62,843 nucleotides of DNA, filler included, from Rhabdomonas costata (GCA_019059605.1; 53 parts of 53 records of this genome joined end to end with filler, not necessarily neighbours in it); one strand, 5' to 3'; counted from the whole stretch's first letter, positions 37,601 through 50,270 are shown. Notes: generated from the letters alone by a model not told the origin. Program-made: numbers and translations.

Positions 37601-39481
37601 CTTGGTGGAAGAAGAAGATTGGAGCCGGTTTTTCGTGGGTTTTGAAAGGGAAACGAAGGCAGCAGGTACTGCAGCGTGCAACGTGAAAGCAGGGCAGGGA
37701 GCAGTGCACACCGAAGGCTTGCGGTGTCATTGAGGTGAGCAATTCCAAGCTTCTCGCAAGCTTCGGCATCCGCAGTGCGCCCAGAAATCTGCCAAGAAAA
37801 ATCAAAAGCGTTGAATACATTCCCATAAAACAGAAAACCAAAGTTGGTACCTCAACTTTGCCTTAGTCAGCAGGGCATGCAAACGCATGCTTGATTAGAC
37901 GCTCGCCACCCCAACNNNNNNNNNNNNNNNNNNNNNNNNNNNNNNNNNNNNNNNNNNNNTTAATTAATTAANNNNNNNNNNNNNNNNNNNNNNNNNNNNN
38001 NNNNNNNNNNNNNNNGGTCTGTTCCGGTCAGGCGGTTCGAAATCAGGTAGCGCTTCAAACAGAGGCGCATCAATTCGTGAGATCAGTTTTCAAGGTGACT
38101 TACTCCGAGATATCATCAATGGCTTTGACTGATAGCTCACTAGTTCTCATACTATGAGTTGCGCTTCATCTCTCTCTTTCTCTCGACTGTGCACTTGCGC
38201 GCTGGTTTGCTGAGGGTCTTGGAGCCGGCCGTGTGCCAACTGATAGACCCTTTTCGCCGTAATTCGAGCACTCGTGACCCCGGGACGCAGCCCCAGTCAC
38301 AAGAAGCTTAGCGTGCAGGCATTTACATTAACTCGGAGCCTGAAGCACAAGCGCCTCGGTACTTTGGAATGCACGTCGGCTGCGCGAGGCTTCTACCCTT
38401 GTACCCTTCAGTAGCGACGCTCTTTGATCAGTATCAATATTCTCTTTGGGCCGCCACTTCCACCTTTCACTCAATCAATACAATGGAAGACAAATTATAA
38501 TGGAAAAGGTAGAGATGTACGCTAATTCTCGTAAGTGCGGAAGGGTACGGGCGTCGGATTCGGAAGTGATGCACCCGACTAATTTCAAGGCGCCGTGCCT
38601 GATCGGGCTTTCACCCCCATACCCGACAAACACCACAGGAAGATCAATGACGGCTCAGAAGAAACGCGATACAAGTCTGTGTGTCCGACAGAACACATAC
38701 TATTGGCATGTCCCACAAAACGCATGCCAGTAGTCATATGTTCTCTCAACTAAGTGCAAAAGCCGCGATCCAAACTGCCGAATATACAGCAAAAGGAAAG
38801 ATGCAATCGCAGCTGTGCGAAAGAAAAGCTGGGACCGGGCACCGAAGGAGCCATCGTGCCCGGTCCCAGAATCAGCGCAGCTTGGGATGCTTGCGGCGAT
38901 CATCGCGAAAACAAAGTACAACAGGGCCTTGGGCGGTGACGAGCAGAATTTCCAGAGCACATAGCAGCGGGACCGTAAGACATGGTGTACAACACGAACA
39001 CCCAAGCGCCTTCCACCGCACCACCTTGCGCAGGGCAGCACCAGAATCGGCAACAAACGCGGATCCCAAACCCCTCCAATCAACACACACACACACACCC
39101 AATNNNNNNNNNNNNNNNNNNNNNNNNNNNNNNNNNNNNNNNNNNNNTTAATTAATTAANNNNNNNNNNNNNNNNNNNNNNNNNNNNNNNNNNNNNNNNN
39201 NNNTGTTTGTTGGTATTATTATTGAACGCGCACAACCCTTGCGCATTCAATAATAATACCAATAAGCAGCAGCAGCAGCAGCAGAAGCAGAAGCAGAAGA
39301 AGGAAGAAGAAGAATGAGGAAGACGACGACGGAGAAGTCAGGTCTACTTCCTCTCCAGCCCACTCCAAATGCTTTCCCTTTCCTTCTTCGCCCATAAGAT
39401 CGATCGCTGGGACGAATCAGCCCATATGCAGGATTACGGTTAACACGTAACTTTGAGCCCCATCGAAAAACAAACTCTGCA

Positions 39482-40291
39482 CTAGGGCTTGTTCGCACCA
39501 CCGCGAGGCCTGCGTAGAGGTTCCCCCTCCACAGGCATTGCCCTTTCCAGAGAAACAGTTGCTTGCTTTAACGCCTCCCACAACGCCAGATCCCCAAGCA
39601 AACCCGAGACTTTCGCAAATCCTCGCACGCAGGCCTGCACATGGAGGAAACTCATTTCCTTGACTGTGGAAAGGGTGGCCTCCCGCAAAGCCTCCCAGAG
39701 ATCTTCTCGTTCCTCAAGGTGAAGCCCATCTGCCGCGAAGCCGTGGACACAGTTGGCAACGTCCTGGGCCCTCAGCTGCCCTGCCATGGAAACCGCGGTG
39801 GCGATCAAGCATTCCCACAACCCCTGGTGACCCCGGAGAAGGACCACCTTTGAGAACCCGTTTACACAGTTGGCCAAACCCTGCGTACTGAGGCCCTCCC
39901 GCGCGGAGATGGCGGCCTCGGCAAGGCCCTGCCAAAGTGGGCGTTTTGTGGAGAGAAGCCCCACTTTTGAGAACCCGTTCACACAGTTTGAAATCTCCTG
40001 CGGCCTCAGCTGCTGAGCAAGAGAGACTGCGCCCATCCCTAATAATTCCCACAGCGCCTCATCCTTTAGCAATGGCTCTACTTTGGAGAACCCGTTGACG
40101 AAATTACCCAGGTCTTGAGAAACCATCCCATCGCTGACACTTAAGCAGGCCCCCATCAATGCGCTCCAGAGAGTGCGGTCGCTGCGAAGAAGATCGACCT
40201 TAGAGAAGCCGTTGACACAGCTGGCAACGCCGTGGCAGCTCATATCACAGACCCGCGCCACAGCAGACTTGGCTAAGGCTTCCCAAACCCC
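39482..40291 (-). CDS. Intronless helical-repeat protein with at least six 39-40 aa OPR/HPR-like repeats, 5'-truncated
   Basis: Repeat unit such as ISNCVNGFSKVGLLSTKRPLWQGLAEAAISAREGLSTQG; frame open from the contig edge to TAG at 39482. Confidence 0.9.
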   Translation of the reverse strand, partial: GVWEALAKSAVARVCDMSCHGVASCVNGFSKVDLLRSDRTLWSALMGACLSVSDGMVSQDLGNFVNGFSKVEPLLKDEALWELLGMGAVSLAQQLRPQEISNCVNGFSKVGLLSTKRPLWQGLAEAAISAREGLSTQGLANCVNGFSKVVLLRGHQGLWECLIATAVSMAGQLRAQDVANCVHGFAADGLHLEEREDLWEALREATLSTVKEMSFLHVQACVRGFAKVSGLLGDLALWEALKQATVSLERAMPVEGEPLRRPRGGANKP

Positions 40292-42453
40292 NNNNNNNNN
40301 NNNNNNNNNNNNNNNNNNNNNNNNNNNNNNNNNNNTTAATTAATTAANNNNNNNNNNNNNNNNNNNNNNNNNNNNNNNNNNNNNNNNNNNNAGACTCACA
40401 GTGCGGTGGATGGAGTATTGCACTTTTCTTGTTTCTTTTGTCTGATTTACAATTTTTGCTTTCTGCAAATCCCTACGAACTATGAACTGTTGTGATTCCC
40501 GCTGAGGAGAAATGTCACCGATTGGCTTCTCGAGCTCCCCAAAAAAAATACGCAAGAAATGATGGATAAAAACCCACAACGATTTTTGTAATCTTGCTAT
40601 GTCTTGAGGTGCGACAAGGAAAGAAGCATATGGCATCCTCCTTCGGTGTGTGTGTGGGGGGGGGGGGTATCAACAGCCGAACTTATGCCTTTGCTGCGGA
40701 AGGCCCCGCCGTGCACGGTGTTCTGGAGAGAGCTGTTCGCCGTGCAATACAGCCAGACTCCAGAAGTGTTCGATCGCACCTCCAACAACCGCAATTTGAT
40801 GTCGATCAACGCGGAAATGGCCAAATTGTATCATCCGCAGCCCCCCCCCCTCTCCATGACCTCTGCGACTTCTATTCTGACGCGCTCGGTGCTATTGATC
40901 TCGATACCTTTCAGTTCTAGCGCCTTTGTGGTCTTTGATGCGGTGTTTATTTCGCACACGTGTGTCCATTTTGCCCCGTTTTTTCCCTCCTGCGTATCTC
41001 GTCATTTGCACCCATTCGATAATCCCCCCCTTCGCTCTTACCTCTCTGCTGGGTCTGTGTCTGCTGTTATTTGATGTTGCTGAACGTGACTCTGCTTCTA
41101 TGTTGCTGGTGTGATTCCCCTGACCCCAGTTCACCGTTTTTCTCTGGATGCATTCCTTCCTTCCTTTTTGGAGCTGAATCTTGCCGCGGTCTTTGATATG
41201 CGCTGCGTTTCTAATTCGCTTCTTTCCTCCCTGGAGGCTCACACGGTACTACTATTGCTATTGAAACCATGTCTTTTTTTTTGGCTGGAATATGAGAGGT
41301 AGTCAATGGGTGTGCCCGTTCGCTGTCCAGTCCATGGCAAATTGGCCAACGCTTATTTCAGCTCGTTCGTTATCCGGTGATGTCTGTGCAAAAGGCGCCG
41401 CGAGATCAATAGTCCTTTTTTGCCTTCGCGTGTGGGGATAGGCTGGAGAAGGTCCCCAAACCTAAACTCACCCAACACANNNNNNNNNNNNNNNNNNNNN
41501 NNNNNNNNNNNNNNNNNNNNNNNTTAATTAATTAANNNNNNNNNNNNNNNNNNNNNNNNNNNNNNNNNNNNNNNNNNNNTGTGCTTCCCGTGCGGGTTCA
41601 TTATGTCGCTTTTTGAGTACAGTTGACTTTGGACGGAAAATTTTTGATTTCATTCGGATTGCATTGCTAAAATGTAGCTGAACATTCCTGTCTGCCAGAA
41701 ACATTTCACGACTTCCTTTATGGTGATATCTCGTTATCAGATTACTTCGGGGACCCACACACATGTGGTCTATTTGAGTTCAGTAGAGTTCAGAACAGAA
41801 CGAGCCGCATTGTATTTTTTTCTGGAAGGACGATGATAATGGTCCGGGATTGTGGGCGTCGGCTTCGGACGGTTTGGACAACGGAATCGCTGTTGATTTC
41901 CTCTGGAGAAGACTTTCCGCGCGCTGCTCACCAAACAAGTTAGTTGCCGGAAATGGATAGGCTTAGTGTGGGAAGACTTCTTGGCTGGGTTTTCAATTAG
42001 TCTGGTTGGTGAATTTCCGATTCAAAGGCATATTGGTGCAGACGTTAATTTAATGTGCGTTAAGACTCTGCTCGTTCAAAGACAGCTGAAAATCTGTGGC
42101 AAATTATTATTTATTTATGATTTGAGAATCGTCTGAGATCCTTTCTTTCTAGGAAGGGATGTCGATTGAAATGCAGTCAAGTGCACCAGTGATTTGAAAA
42201 GTGGAAAAGAAGCCTAATCTCAGTCCGCCTCAGAGTCATGTCAGGCATGACACGACGTTTTCGCTCATTCTTGTGTAACCTTTGTATATCCTTTATATGC
42301 GTGTATCCCGTAAGAAGTCCGTAAATGCTTTGCCAGACCGAGCGTCAGTGTTTCTCAGTGCACTTTCTTCGCCACTTACATTCGGGTGCGCACAGTCCCT
42401 TTCCGCACTCTTATATTGCAGCCGAAGCGTTCCATTTATCCTATTGATCCTGA

Positions 42454-42667
42454 ATGTCCTCGGGAATCTCCGAGCCACTTCCTTTCGGCCTAGCTGACGT
42501 TCCCGAAGCTGACTGGGACTCCTATGTTGCTGATTTCCGCAAAGCAGCGCACCAGGCTGTGGACCAGGCTGCCGACCTTCTCAGTAAACAGCGCCAGTAT
42601 TCAGTTGTACCGCAAATGAAACCTGGCGAGCTGATCGACCGCTTGCCGCCTCAAGCACCCACCAACC
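42454..42667 (+). CDS. Group II PLP-dependent (aromatic L-amino acid) decarboxylase, N-terminus
   Basis: DFRKAAHQAVDQAADLLSKQRQYSVVPQMKPGELIDRLPPQAP matches the DDC/TDC motif EFR..G..MVD.IADY......V.P.V.PG.L...LP..AP. Confidence 0.85.
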
Positions 42668-45600
42668 NNNNNNNNNNNNNNNNNNNNNNNNNNNNNNNNN
42701 NNNNNNNNNNNTTAATTAATTAANNNNNNNNNNNNNNNNNNNNNNNNNNNNNNNNNNNNNNNNNNNNGGTGCTCCCCTTCCCCGTGTGCAGTCATCTCGG
42801 AGGCCTCCACCCCAGAGCCTCCGATATGGATGGAGAGAAGCCTAAGCCTCGCTCGGACCTCTGTCACTCCGCCCTTGGGTGGCGACCCTGCAGAGGCTCG
42901 CTCCTCCTCCTCGGCGTCCCCCCTGCCCGTAGGTCCTCAGGAGACCTCTGGCGGCAGCTCTCGTGCATTGGTTGTTTGCCTTCTACGGGGCGGGGTGGAA
43001 CGCTGAGGAGAAGGGATATGGTCCACTCCATGACATTTGTCTTGCTCAAAGAAAAGTTCACGGAAATTTTCAAAACCAGATGGTGTGGCCTGGGTGCAGC
43101 ATCCGTCTCTGTGCACGTGGGAAAGCCCCCCCCTCACACACGCCTTTCCTGCGCGAATGAGCGGTATCGCCGCCGCTTGAGCACGTCGAACAAGTTTTCG
43201 GGTGGGAGGGTTCAGGGGGTGTTTCCTGGTGATGCGGGCTGGCTTCGTGACCGCGTCATGCTCATTATGTGATCGCAGGGGCGGGGTAGGGTCTCGTTCT
43301 CAATGTTTGGTACCTCGCGCGGTTTCCCGTGCGAGCACCCACCAGATGTGCCAAAATGCACACGTGTTCTTGCTTCTTGTACTGACTGGTTTGTGTGTGT
43401 GCCTTGTGCAGGTGCGTGTGTGAAAGTGTGCGTGTGTGTGTGAAAAAGTTGTTCTGAGCATCTTGGAGAAGTACCACGCGAGGTGGTCAGGGGTCCAGGG
43501 GAGACTTGGCGAAGGCAGAGCTCATGCAACCGCAATTGAAGTTTTCCGCTAATCTCCGCCCCACTCCCTTAGGAGAAGGGTGACTCGTACCCCGAGAAGC
43601 CACTAGGAAGCGGCAGAGAATCCAAAAGCTCCGCTGGAGGCGGATAAGTCTCCTCTGCAACGCTGACTCGTGCCCAAAGTGCGCACTCTCACCGCTGTCT
43701 ACTGTTTACCTTTCTGTCCCAGGAGCTCACTCCCCCGACTGTTCCGGAGCGGTCCCAAACACCCAAGGTGGCCTTCCCACTCAGCGTGACGCGCGTTGAG
43801 ACGCCGGGCTCTTTGGAGTCCTTCTTTTTCATCTCACTTCTTTTACAGCACCTCANNNNNNNNNNNNNNNNNNNNNNNNNNNNNNNNNNNNNNNNNNNNT
43901 TAATTAATTAANNNNNNNNNNNNNNNNNNNNNNNNNNNNNNNNNNNNNNNNNNNNGGATGGCGTGTTCAACATCGGCGGAATCAGGGAGCGAGGTATACG
44001 TGTTCGCGCAGGAGGTGTGCTACCATGTCTAAAGGCTTTTTGCAGACCAGTGGAATTATCAGGTGTATTGGGGGGCATTTAACGTTTAGCAGCGCTCTGG
44101 TAGGTTTTCGAAATTGTCGTTGCTGGGCTTTGGCAGATATTTTATTGGATTCTGGGGGGAGGGGACGGACGAGTTGAACCGAGCCCCGGGATGGGCGATG
44201 CTGCGTGTAGCTTGTTGTGTCGCAGTGCTAAGCAACCAAACCCTCTTTCTTTGGCGATTTTATTGTAAGGCACGGGGGCTTGGTAAGTTTTGTAACGACT
44301 TGAACTTCGGTCGACAGTTGTTTTAGCCAAATGAGCTTTAGTATGTGTAAGTATACTTCCACTGGATCCCAAAATTCCATTTACAATTAGCGAGAAGGTG
44401 CCCGGCAGAAGTCCTGGGCAGTTAAACGCTGGTTTGTTTGAAGTTTCGCATTCCCTTGAGGTATGAGAGACTTTATTACTGCTTTATTTCTCGTATCCTA
44501 ACAGCCTGAATGATCCATAATCCCGCAACCGAATCAGGCTTTTTGGAGAAGCTACGCAACATACTTCCCTTCAAAGTGTGGTGTTCTCCCGTATTCTCTC
44601 GCTGAGAACGCTGTACTCTATGGCCTGATTTGATGTTTAATAAAATGTAAGCAGGCATGTGGCTGCGCTTTGGTGGGTCCTGGGCCCTTAACAACGTTCC
44701 GCTTTCCGTGGCTCGATATTTTTCGGATAAGCGCTGAGCATCTGTGGGAGATCCTAGCAAGTTCCCTTAATCCCTTTTATTCCTTAACCTTCCACACACA
44801 TCTGAACACATATCTCTGCTGCCTGCAGCTGCAGCCTACGCGTCATTTTTCAGCCCTTTCCCGTTTTTCCGCATTTCTTCCGGTCGTTTGAACAGAGCTC
44901 TCCCTATCGTCCCTCCCGTGTTGCTGTGTTGCGCTGTGTTTCAGCAAAATGATATACTTGCTCTCTTGCTGCGAAGCTTGTGTACGTAGTCGTGTGTGTT
45001 GCGGACTTTCCCACTCAGTATCATTTTCTGATGAGCANNNNNNNNNNNNNNNNNNNNNNNNNNNNNNNNNNNNNNNNNNNNTTAATTAATTAANNNNNNN
45101 NNNNNNNNNNNNNNNNNNNNNNNNNNNNNNNNNNNNNGTTTTGGGGTAAACTACCTTTATTCGGCTTGAGCAGCGCAAGCCGAATAAAGGTAGTTTACCC
45201 CGTAAATTCATAACCCATGCTACAACAAATGGAAAAACGCCCCATGGGAATGTGAAAGCCCGTCGGCATTTTGAAGCGTTCCAGGACGGGGAATTCATAC
45301 CGAACTGAACTCTGAGTTCGGGATGCAGCTTGTCTTGCACATGGCGTACGTGTCCAGAGGGATTCAATGGCAGGGGATTTGGAGGCCATTGCCGTGCCCT
45401 CTCGTTTCAACATTTATGCGGGGACGACTCATTCCTGGTGTGCTTTTCAAAACAAAGCGTTTAACAACAATAAGAGCGCCGCCCAGCCCACAATTCGGTC
45501 TAAACAATGTCATTGATTTCTCACCGCTAACTGTTCCTGTCAAGGCTATTCAGGTCACCCAACACTGTGGATGTGATCTCTCCTCAAACAGATGCCAGGC

Positions 45601-46890
45601 GAAAAGATGAGGATGGTATGCACAGATGCAGTCAAGTGCACAGTTCTCCCGCCCCCTGCCCTCACCCGCACGCAAAGCCGCTTCGCTCTGCAACCCCGGG
45701 AGGTCTCGCAATCAAAATGCGAATACGCGCAAGAACACAGCTAATGACTTCCAGGTTCCCACACCCTTCCCTTCCTCCGAAGAGCGCGTTTCTCGCATCT
45801 GCCACAGGTGTTGCTTCCACACACTTATCGTGCACGCTTTTCCCGTCTGATGCAGTGCCGACCCTCTACAACAACTGCACAGGAAAATAAAAAGGAAGGT
45901 AAGGTGTCTTGTGTTACATTCCAAAGGAAAAAACCAAGCGCAAACGTAAGAAACCATAATGGTGAAGGGGTTGCAAACACCTATGGCGATGCCTCGGGCA
46001 GCACCACAGGAGAGACCAAGCTCTGGAAAGTCGACAGGAAAAACACAAACGAGCCCAAGAAAAGGAAGCGCGTCTACACGGAGCTGACGCTCAGCCTGGG
46101 CTCGCGGTGAGACGAGCCCTGCGCAGGTCCAGGACCCCCCTCAAAGCTAAACTTTAGCATGTGCTGCAGCTCGTGGTACCCAGGAAGACCCGGGGGGCGG
46201 TCCTGCGCGGACCCACCACCCACCCNNNNNNNNNNNNNNNNNNNNNNNNNNNNNNNNNNNNNNNNNNNNTTAATTAATTAANNNNNNNNNNNNNNNNNNN
46301 NNNNNNNNNNNNNNNNNNNNNNNNNGGGGGTTTTTCTTTACACTGGCTTGCAAGGGCCCTTGTTGGTCCTTTGCAGGCCTACGTACTGATAAGAGAGAAA
46401 GAACTGTAGGCTGGCACACCGGCGTGCAGGTGGTCCACCCACCTGCACGCCGATGTGCCATGAACTCATGCCCTGAACTCTTTGCATTCACAGGACAGGG
46501 GTTACCACAGCACATCCAAATTGTAGAAAAAACATGGAGAAAGCCCCGAAGGGGAGAGTTTGCCCGAGCTTGGAGATTTTTTTCTGTGCCAGTAAATATT
46601 TTTATCTTTCGTTGGATTGCCGTTCGCCTGGGCACTGTGTCCCGTCCAGCGTCGGGAGGTGTCAGCTTTTCAACACGTCTGTCGCCTCTAAAACAGACAT
46701 TACAAAGTTTGTTTTAGTAAGAATTTTCGGATCCATTGAATGCATTATATTCATTGCGGAAAGTTCGAACTGTTCTTGAACAAGAGACCGTTGTGCGGTT
46801 TTCGTTTGGGTTGCATTTCCTGATGAGTCCGTTCTGACTAGGACTAGTGCACCGAGTGCACTAAAATTTGTGTTTGGGCTTTCTTGGCAG

Positions 46891-47044
46891 GCCGACCTGG
46901 ACAGCCGCTATTGGCGGGGCCAACCAGGGTGGGAATACCGTGAACCGGTTTGCCTCGCGGCACATCTCCGCGAAGGACCTGCCTGGCCACACCACCCTCA
47001 AGAGGCGGACAGACGTCCCCGAGGGCAAGCCTGTCCCTGTCACT
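46891..47044 (+). CDS. CWC15: Spliceosomal NTC-associated protein CWC15, N-terminal exon
   Basis: RPTWTAAIGG...SRHISAKDLPGHTTLKRR matches Cwc15 RPT..PA.GG...S.Q.SSRDLPSHT.LK.R. Confidence 0.9.
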
Positions 47045-47513
47045 GTATGTCTTAGCCTTACATTTTGAGAGGGCAGTGCGTTCGGGTTGGAGAATTGTGC
47101 ATTTGCCAGCTCCCTGCTCCCCGCAATACATGGCACGAGGTGCCATGCCTTCGCGTTTTCTAAATTCTTTCGGTTTTTCTCTTTGTTGTGCGTTTGTGCT
47201 TCCTACTCCGCCTTCTATGCTGCTTTCTTTGCTCCTCTCGCTCCGCACGCGTTTTCTGCCCGCACTCTCTTTGAACCCCATCTCCGCAGCGACACTGACA
47301 CGCACTTCCACATTCTCACCCTCCCATCTCATCCTTCCGACCTATCCTTACCAGCCTCTTCAGCTCTGTTCCCGCATCCCATATCGTCATGTGGCCCCCC
47401 CCCAACAAAGATCNNNNNNNNNNNNNNNNNNNNNNNNNNNNNNNNNNNNNNNNNNNNTTAATTAATTAANNNNNNNNNNNNNNNNNNNNNNNNNNNNNNN
47501 NNNNNNNNNNNNN

Positions 47514-48579
47514 TTGTTGTGGTTGATTTGTCCAGATGATGAAGCAGGGGAGGCGATGGATGCTGTTGCATGACCCGTGACCGTGACTGGATTATGAGCT
47601 TCTGCTTCGGGGGGGGGATCATGGCGCCGAGGGGCACGCTGGCGAGGCTATCACAGCTTTGGTCGAAGGTAGAGCTGCGGGCGCCGGGCAGCTGCAGCGC
47701 GGAGGCCATCGCGCTGCCCCGGGACCCCAGCTCCACGCTGGTCATCGAAGCAGAGCCCGCGGAGCACAGCATCAGCTCTGCGGCGCGGCGGCTGCTGTAC
47801 AGGTCGGAGTCCACGGCAAGCATGTCCTCCCAGCACAGCTGAGGTTGCAAAAGAAGGAGGTTCGCAGATAACTATGGCTGCCTCTCGTGATTGCGCACGT
47901 GTGCCTGGAATGTTTATTTTAGTGCGAAGATGTTTTTTGGCTCCAGGAAGATAGCGGCTTTCCAGTTTTCTCCGGCTTTCCGACTGTAGGTATCCCTTCC
48001 ACTGCTGGGTAAGGGTCCTCCACGAAGCACAATGGCGCCAGACCGGTTTGTCGGAGCTCGAGCTGTTCAGCAAACGCCTCAGCTCATCTCCGTCTGACCA
48101 TGGAGAGCAACCCTGGCGCGCATCGCCGAGGCAAGGGGTTTCGGGACAACACACCCATACCATACCATGCGGGACACACACCACATAAGGCTGGTCTCTG
48201 GGGTGTAGCAGTGAAGCGGCTCTTGTAAATTAGTGTGTGGGGGGCGGGGTACCACTGGTACCTGGGTTCCCCTGGGATTCCAATAGAAGATTACTCCAGG
48301 ATGTCCAGAGTCCACAGTATTTATTGTTGGATCACTTATTATTTGGCGGTTTTGGATGGGTGCCCCCCCCTCACTGCTTTACAAAACCCCAGTGAAGCTA
48401 CAAAAAGGGGGCCGAGGTTGCACGCGCGGTGTGGTTGATGACGCACGGTGCGTGTGAGTTGGGAAAACCCGAGGCAGGTGAATACGGCGAAATACACCCA
48501 GCCACACACATTAGAGACCTCTGTGCCGACCAGCCTTTTCCAGACCAGGGGCGGGAACTCCACCCCCAGGCTCTCCTCA
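47514..48579 (-). CDS. HECT-domain E3 ligase fragment; exons 48579-48519 and 47838 onward
   Basis: EESLGVEFPPLVWKRLVGTE|LCWEDMLAVDSDLYSS fits the HECT N-lobe motif; phase-0 GTCTCT...CAG intron; a low-complexity insertion follows. Confidence 0.78.
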
Positions 48580-48798
48580 CTGAACACACAACCCCACANN
48601 NNNNNNNNNNNNNNNNNNNNNNNNNNNNNNNNNNNNNNNNNNTTAATTAATTAANNNNNNNNNNNNNNNNNNNNNNNNNNNNNNNNNNNNNNNNNNNNGG
48701 TGTTGGTGGAGGAGCAGTAAATTGCGGAGTATGCACACACGTATCGTCCCTCCACCCGAAACCGAGCCTCCTCCCGTCGGTCCCGACCACCTCACGAC

Positions 48799-49218
48799 CT
48801 GATCTTTCGTCTGATTTGTCGCGATGCACGCAGTCGAAGATTTCTCCTCTGAATGCATCTGATTTCATTCGGCGACTAAACGCAGAATTGGGCCCCACCA
48901 ATCTCTTGCGACTGACATGGGTGAGGCTATTGCCTGGCACAGCCCAGTGCATCAGGGAGAGGTGCATTAGTTAAGGTTTGCTACGTGCCTGTAAGTGGGG
49001 GATTCTGCCTTGGTCGTCCTTTCCCCATCTGCAGTGCTGTGTCTCACAGTTTTCGTGCACAATATTGGCATACCAAAGTGGGCAGGAGACCCAAAATCCG
49101 TTGACATCCTTAAGCCATCCATTGCCGGGAAGCGGCGAATCAACGGCTGTTTTTGCGGCTGCACTGCGGACAGATCTTCAAAGAAAGAAAATCCGTTCCA
49201 CTCGTCCGACATATGCAT
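48799..49218 (-). CDS. First two exons (49218-49074, 48933-48799) of unidentified protein
   Basis: M(HM)SDEWNGFSFFEDL...PAHF G|GTATGC...CAG|GC NSLTHVSRKRL; phase-1 join keeps frame. Confidence 0.5.
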
Positions 49219-49475
49219 GTCGAAGTTCTCTTGTGACGGTGGCACCGACCCGATGGGGAAGAAGATTGGGGCGATGAGGTTGAAAGATCGTTCTTCCAGA
49301 TGCGATGGTTACCAACCTGCCCTGTCCATGAGTCCGACCGAAAGTAACTGGAGCCTCAGTCATTGTTGTATAGCTGACTTTTTCCAATCGTCTAATATCC
49401 CTGGGCTAATATTCCTCTGTTTGGTGTGTACGTGCTCGCCTTGTGACCGACTTTACCAGCATTTCACTGCATAAA

Positions 49476-49786
49476 ATGATCACATTCCGCTACATTCCGC
49501 TTCTTCTCGCAATTGCATTTGTAGTCTCGCTCGAGGCTGAGGCTCCTGGAGCAAGCATTCCAACGTCAGACAGCAAGGTCATACCCAGTACCTCCGAATG
49601 GTCCGACAAACCTGGAGAGTCAACACGAAACGTTCACGATAAGCCACACACCGCGCACGCAGTGGCATCCCCGGCGACCCCAGCCGCGGCCACGGGAACT
49701 GAGCAAGTGCAACCTCCTTCGGAGCTTCAGCAGCCCGCCCCACGTCAGGCCCTGGAGCCAAGCCTTCCTGTGCCAGCGCAGGGCAG
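49476..49786 (+). CDS. Secreted/surface protein N-terminus with Pro/Ala/Ser/Thr-rich region
   Basis: MITFRYIPLLLAIAFVVSLEAEA signal peptide; CAG 16 nt upstream; open to contig end. Confidence 0.65.
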
Positions 49787-50270
49787 NNNNNNNNNNNNNN
49801 NNNNNNNNNNNNNNNNNNNNNNNNNNNNNNTTAATTAATTAANNNNNNNNNNNNNNNNNNNNNNNNNNNNNNNNNNNNNNNNNNNNGTATTATTTTGGGG
49901 GGGTGAAGGCCAGCGATGCAAAGGCCAGCCTGCGCGCGGCCGGAGGGGCGAACGGGCTTGAAACCTGCCGGGCCTTTAAGGACTTTTTGAAACAGAGTCC
50001 GGTTCATTTTGGAAGGGATGTACGAGGGAGGGGGGGTTTTGTATTAAGGCCTTTCTTCGGTATTTCTGGTGTGTTAGGGTGGAATTCAGTGACTTCAGTA
50101 ACGTTGGTAAACGTTGTGTTACAATACTGGATGTTTTGTATTGGGGATCCTTTCGTCGGTATTCTGGTGTGTAAGAGGGTGATTTGATATAGCGGCAAAG
50201 GCCAGCGCGTGCGCGTGGGCCTGTCCGGGGATCGTCACCGCCAAACAACCCGAGACAGCACTAGCAGCAC

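Noticed and set aside
46501..46517. GTTACCACAGCACAT (VTTAH) as the missing CWC15 first exon (MTTAH)
   Set aside because: No in-frame ATG (upstream TGA), no donor site, and the join would give Pro instead of Arg.
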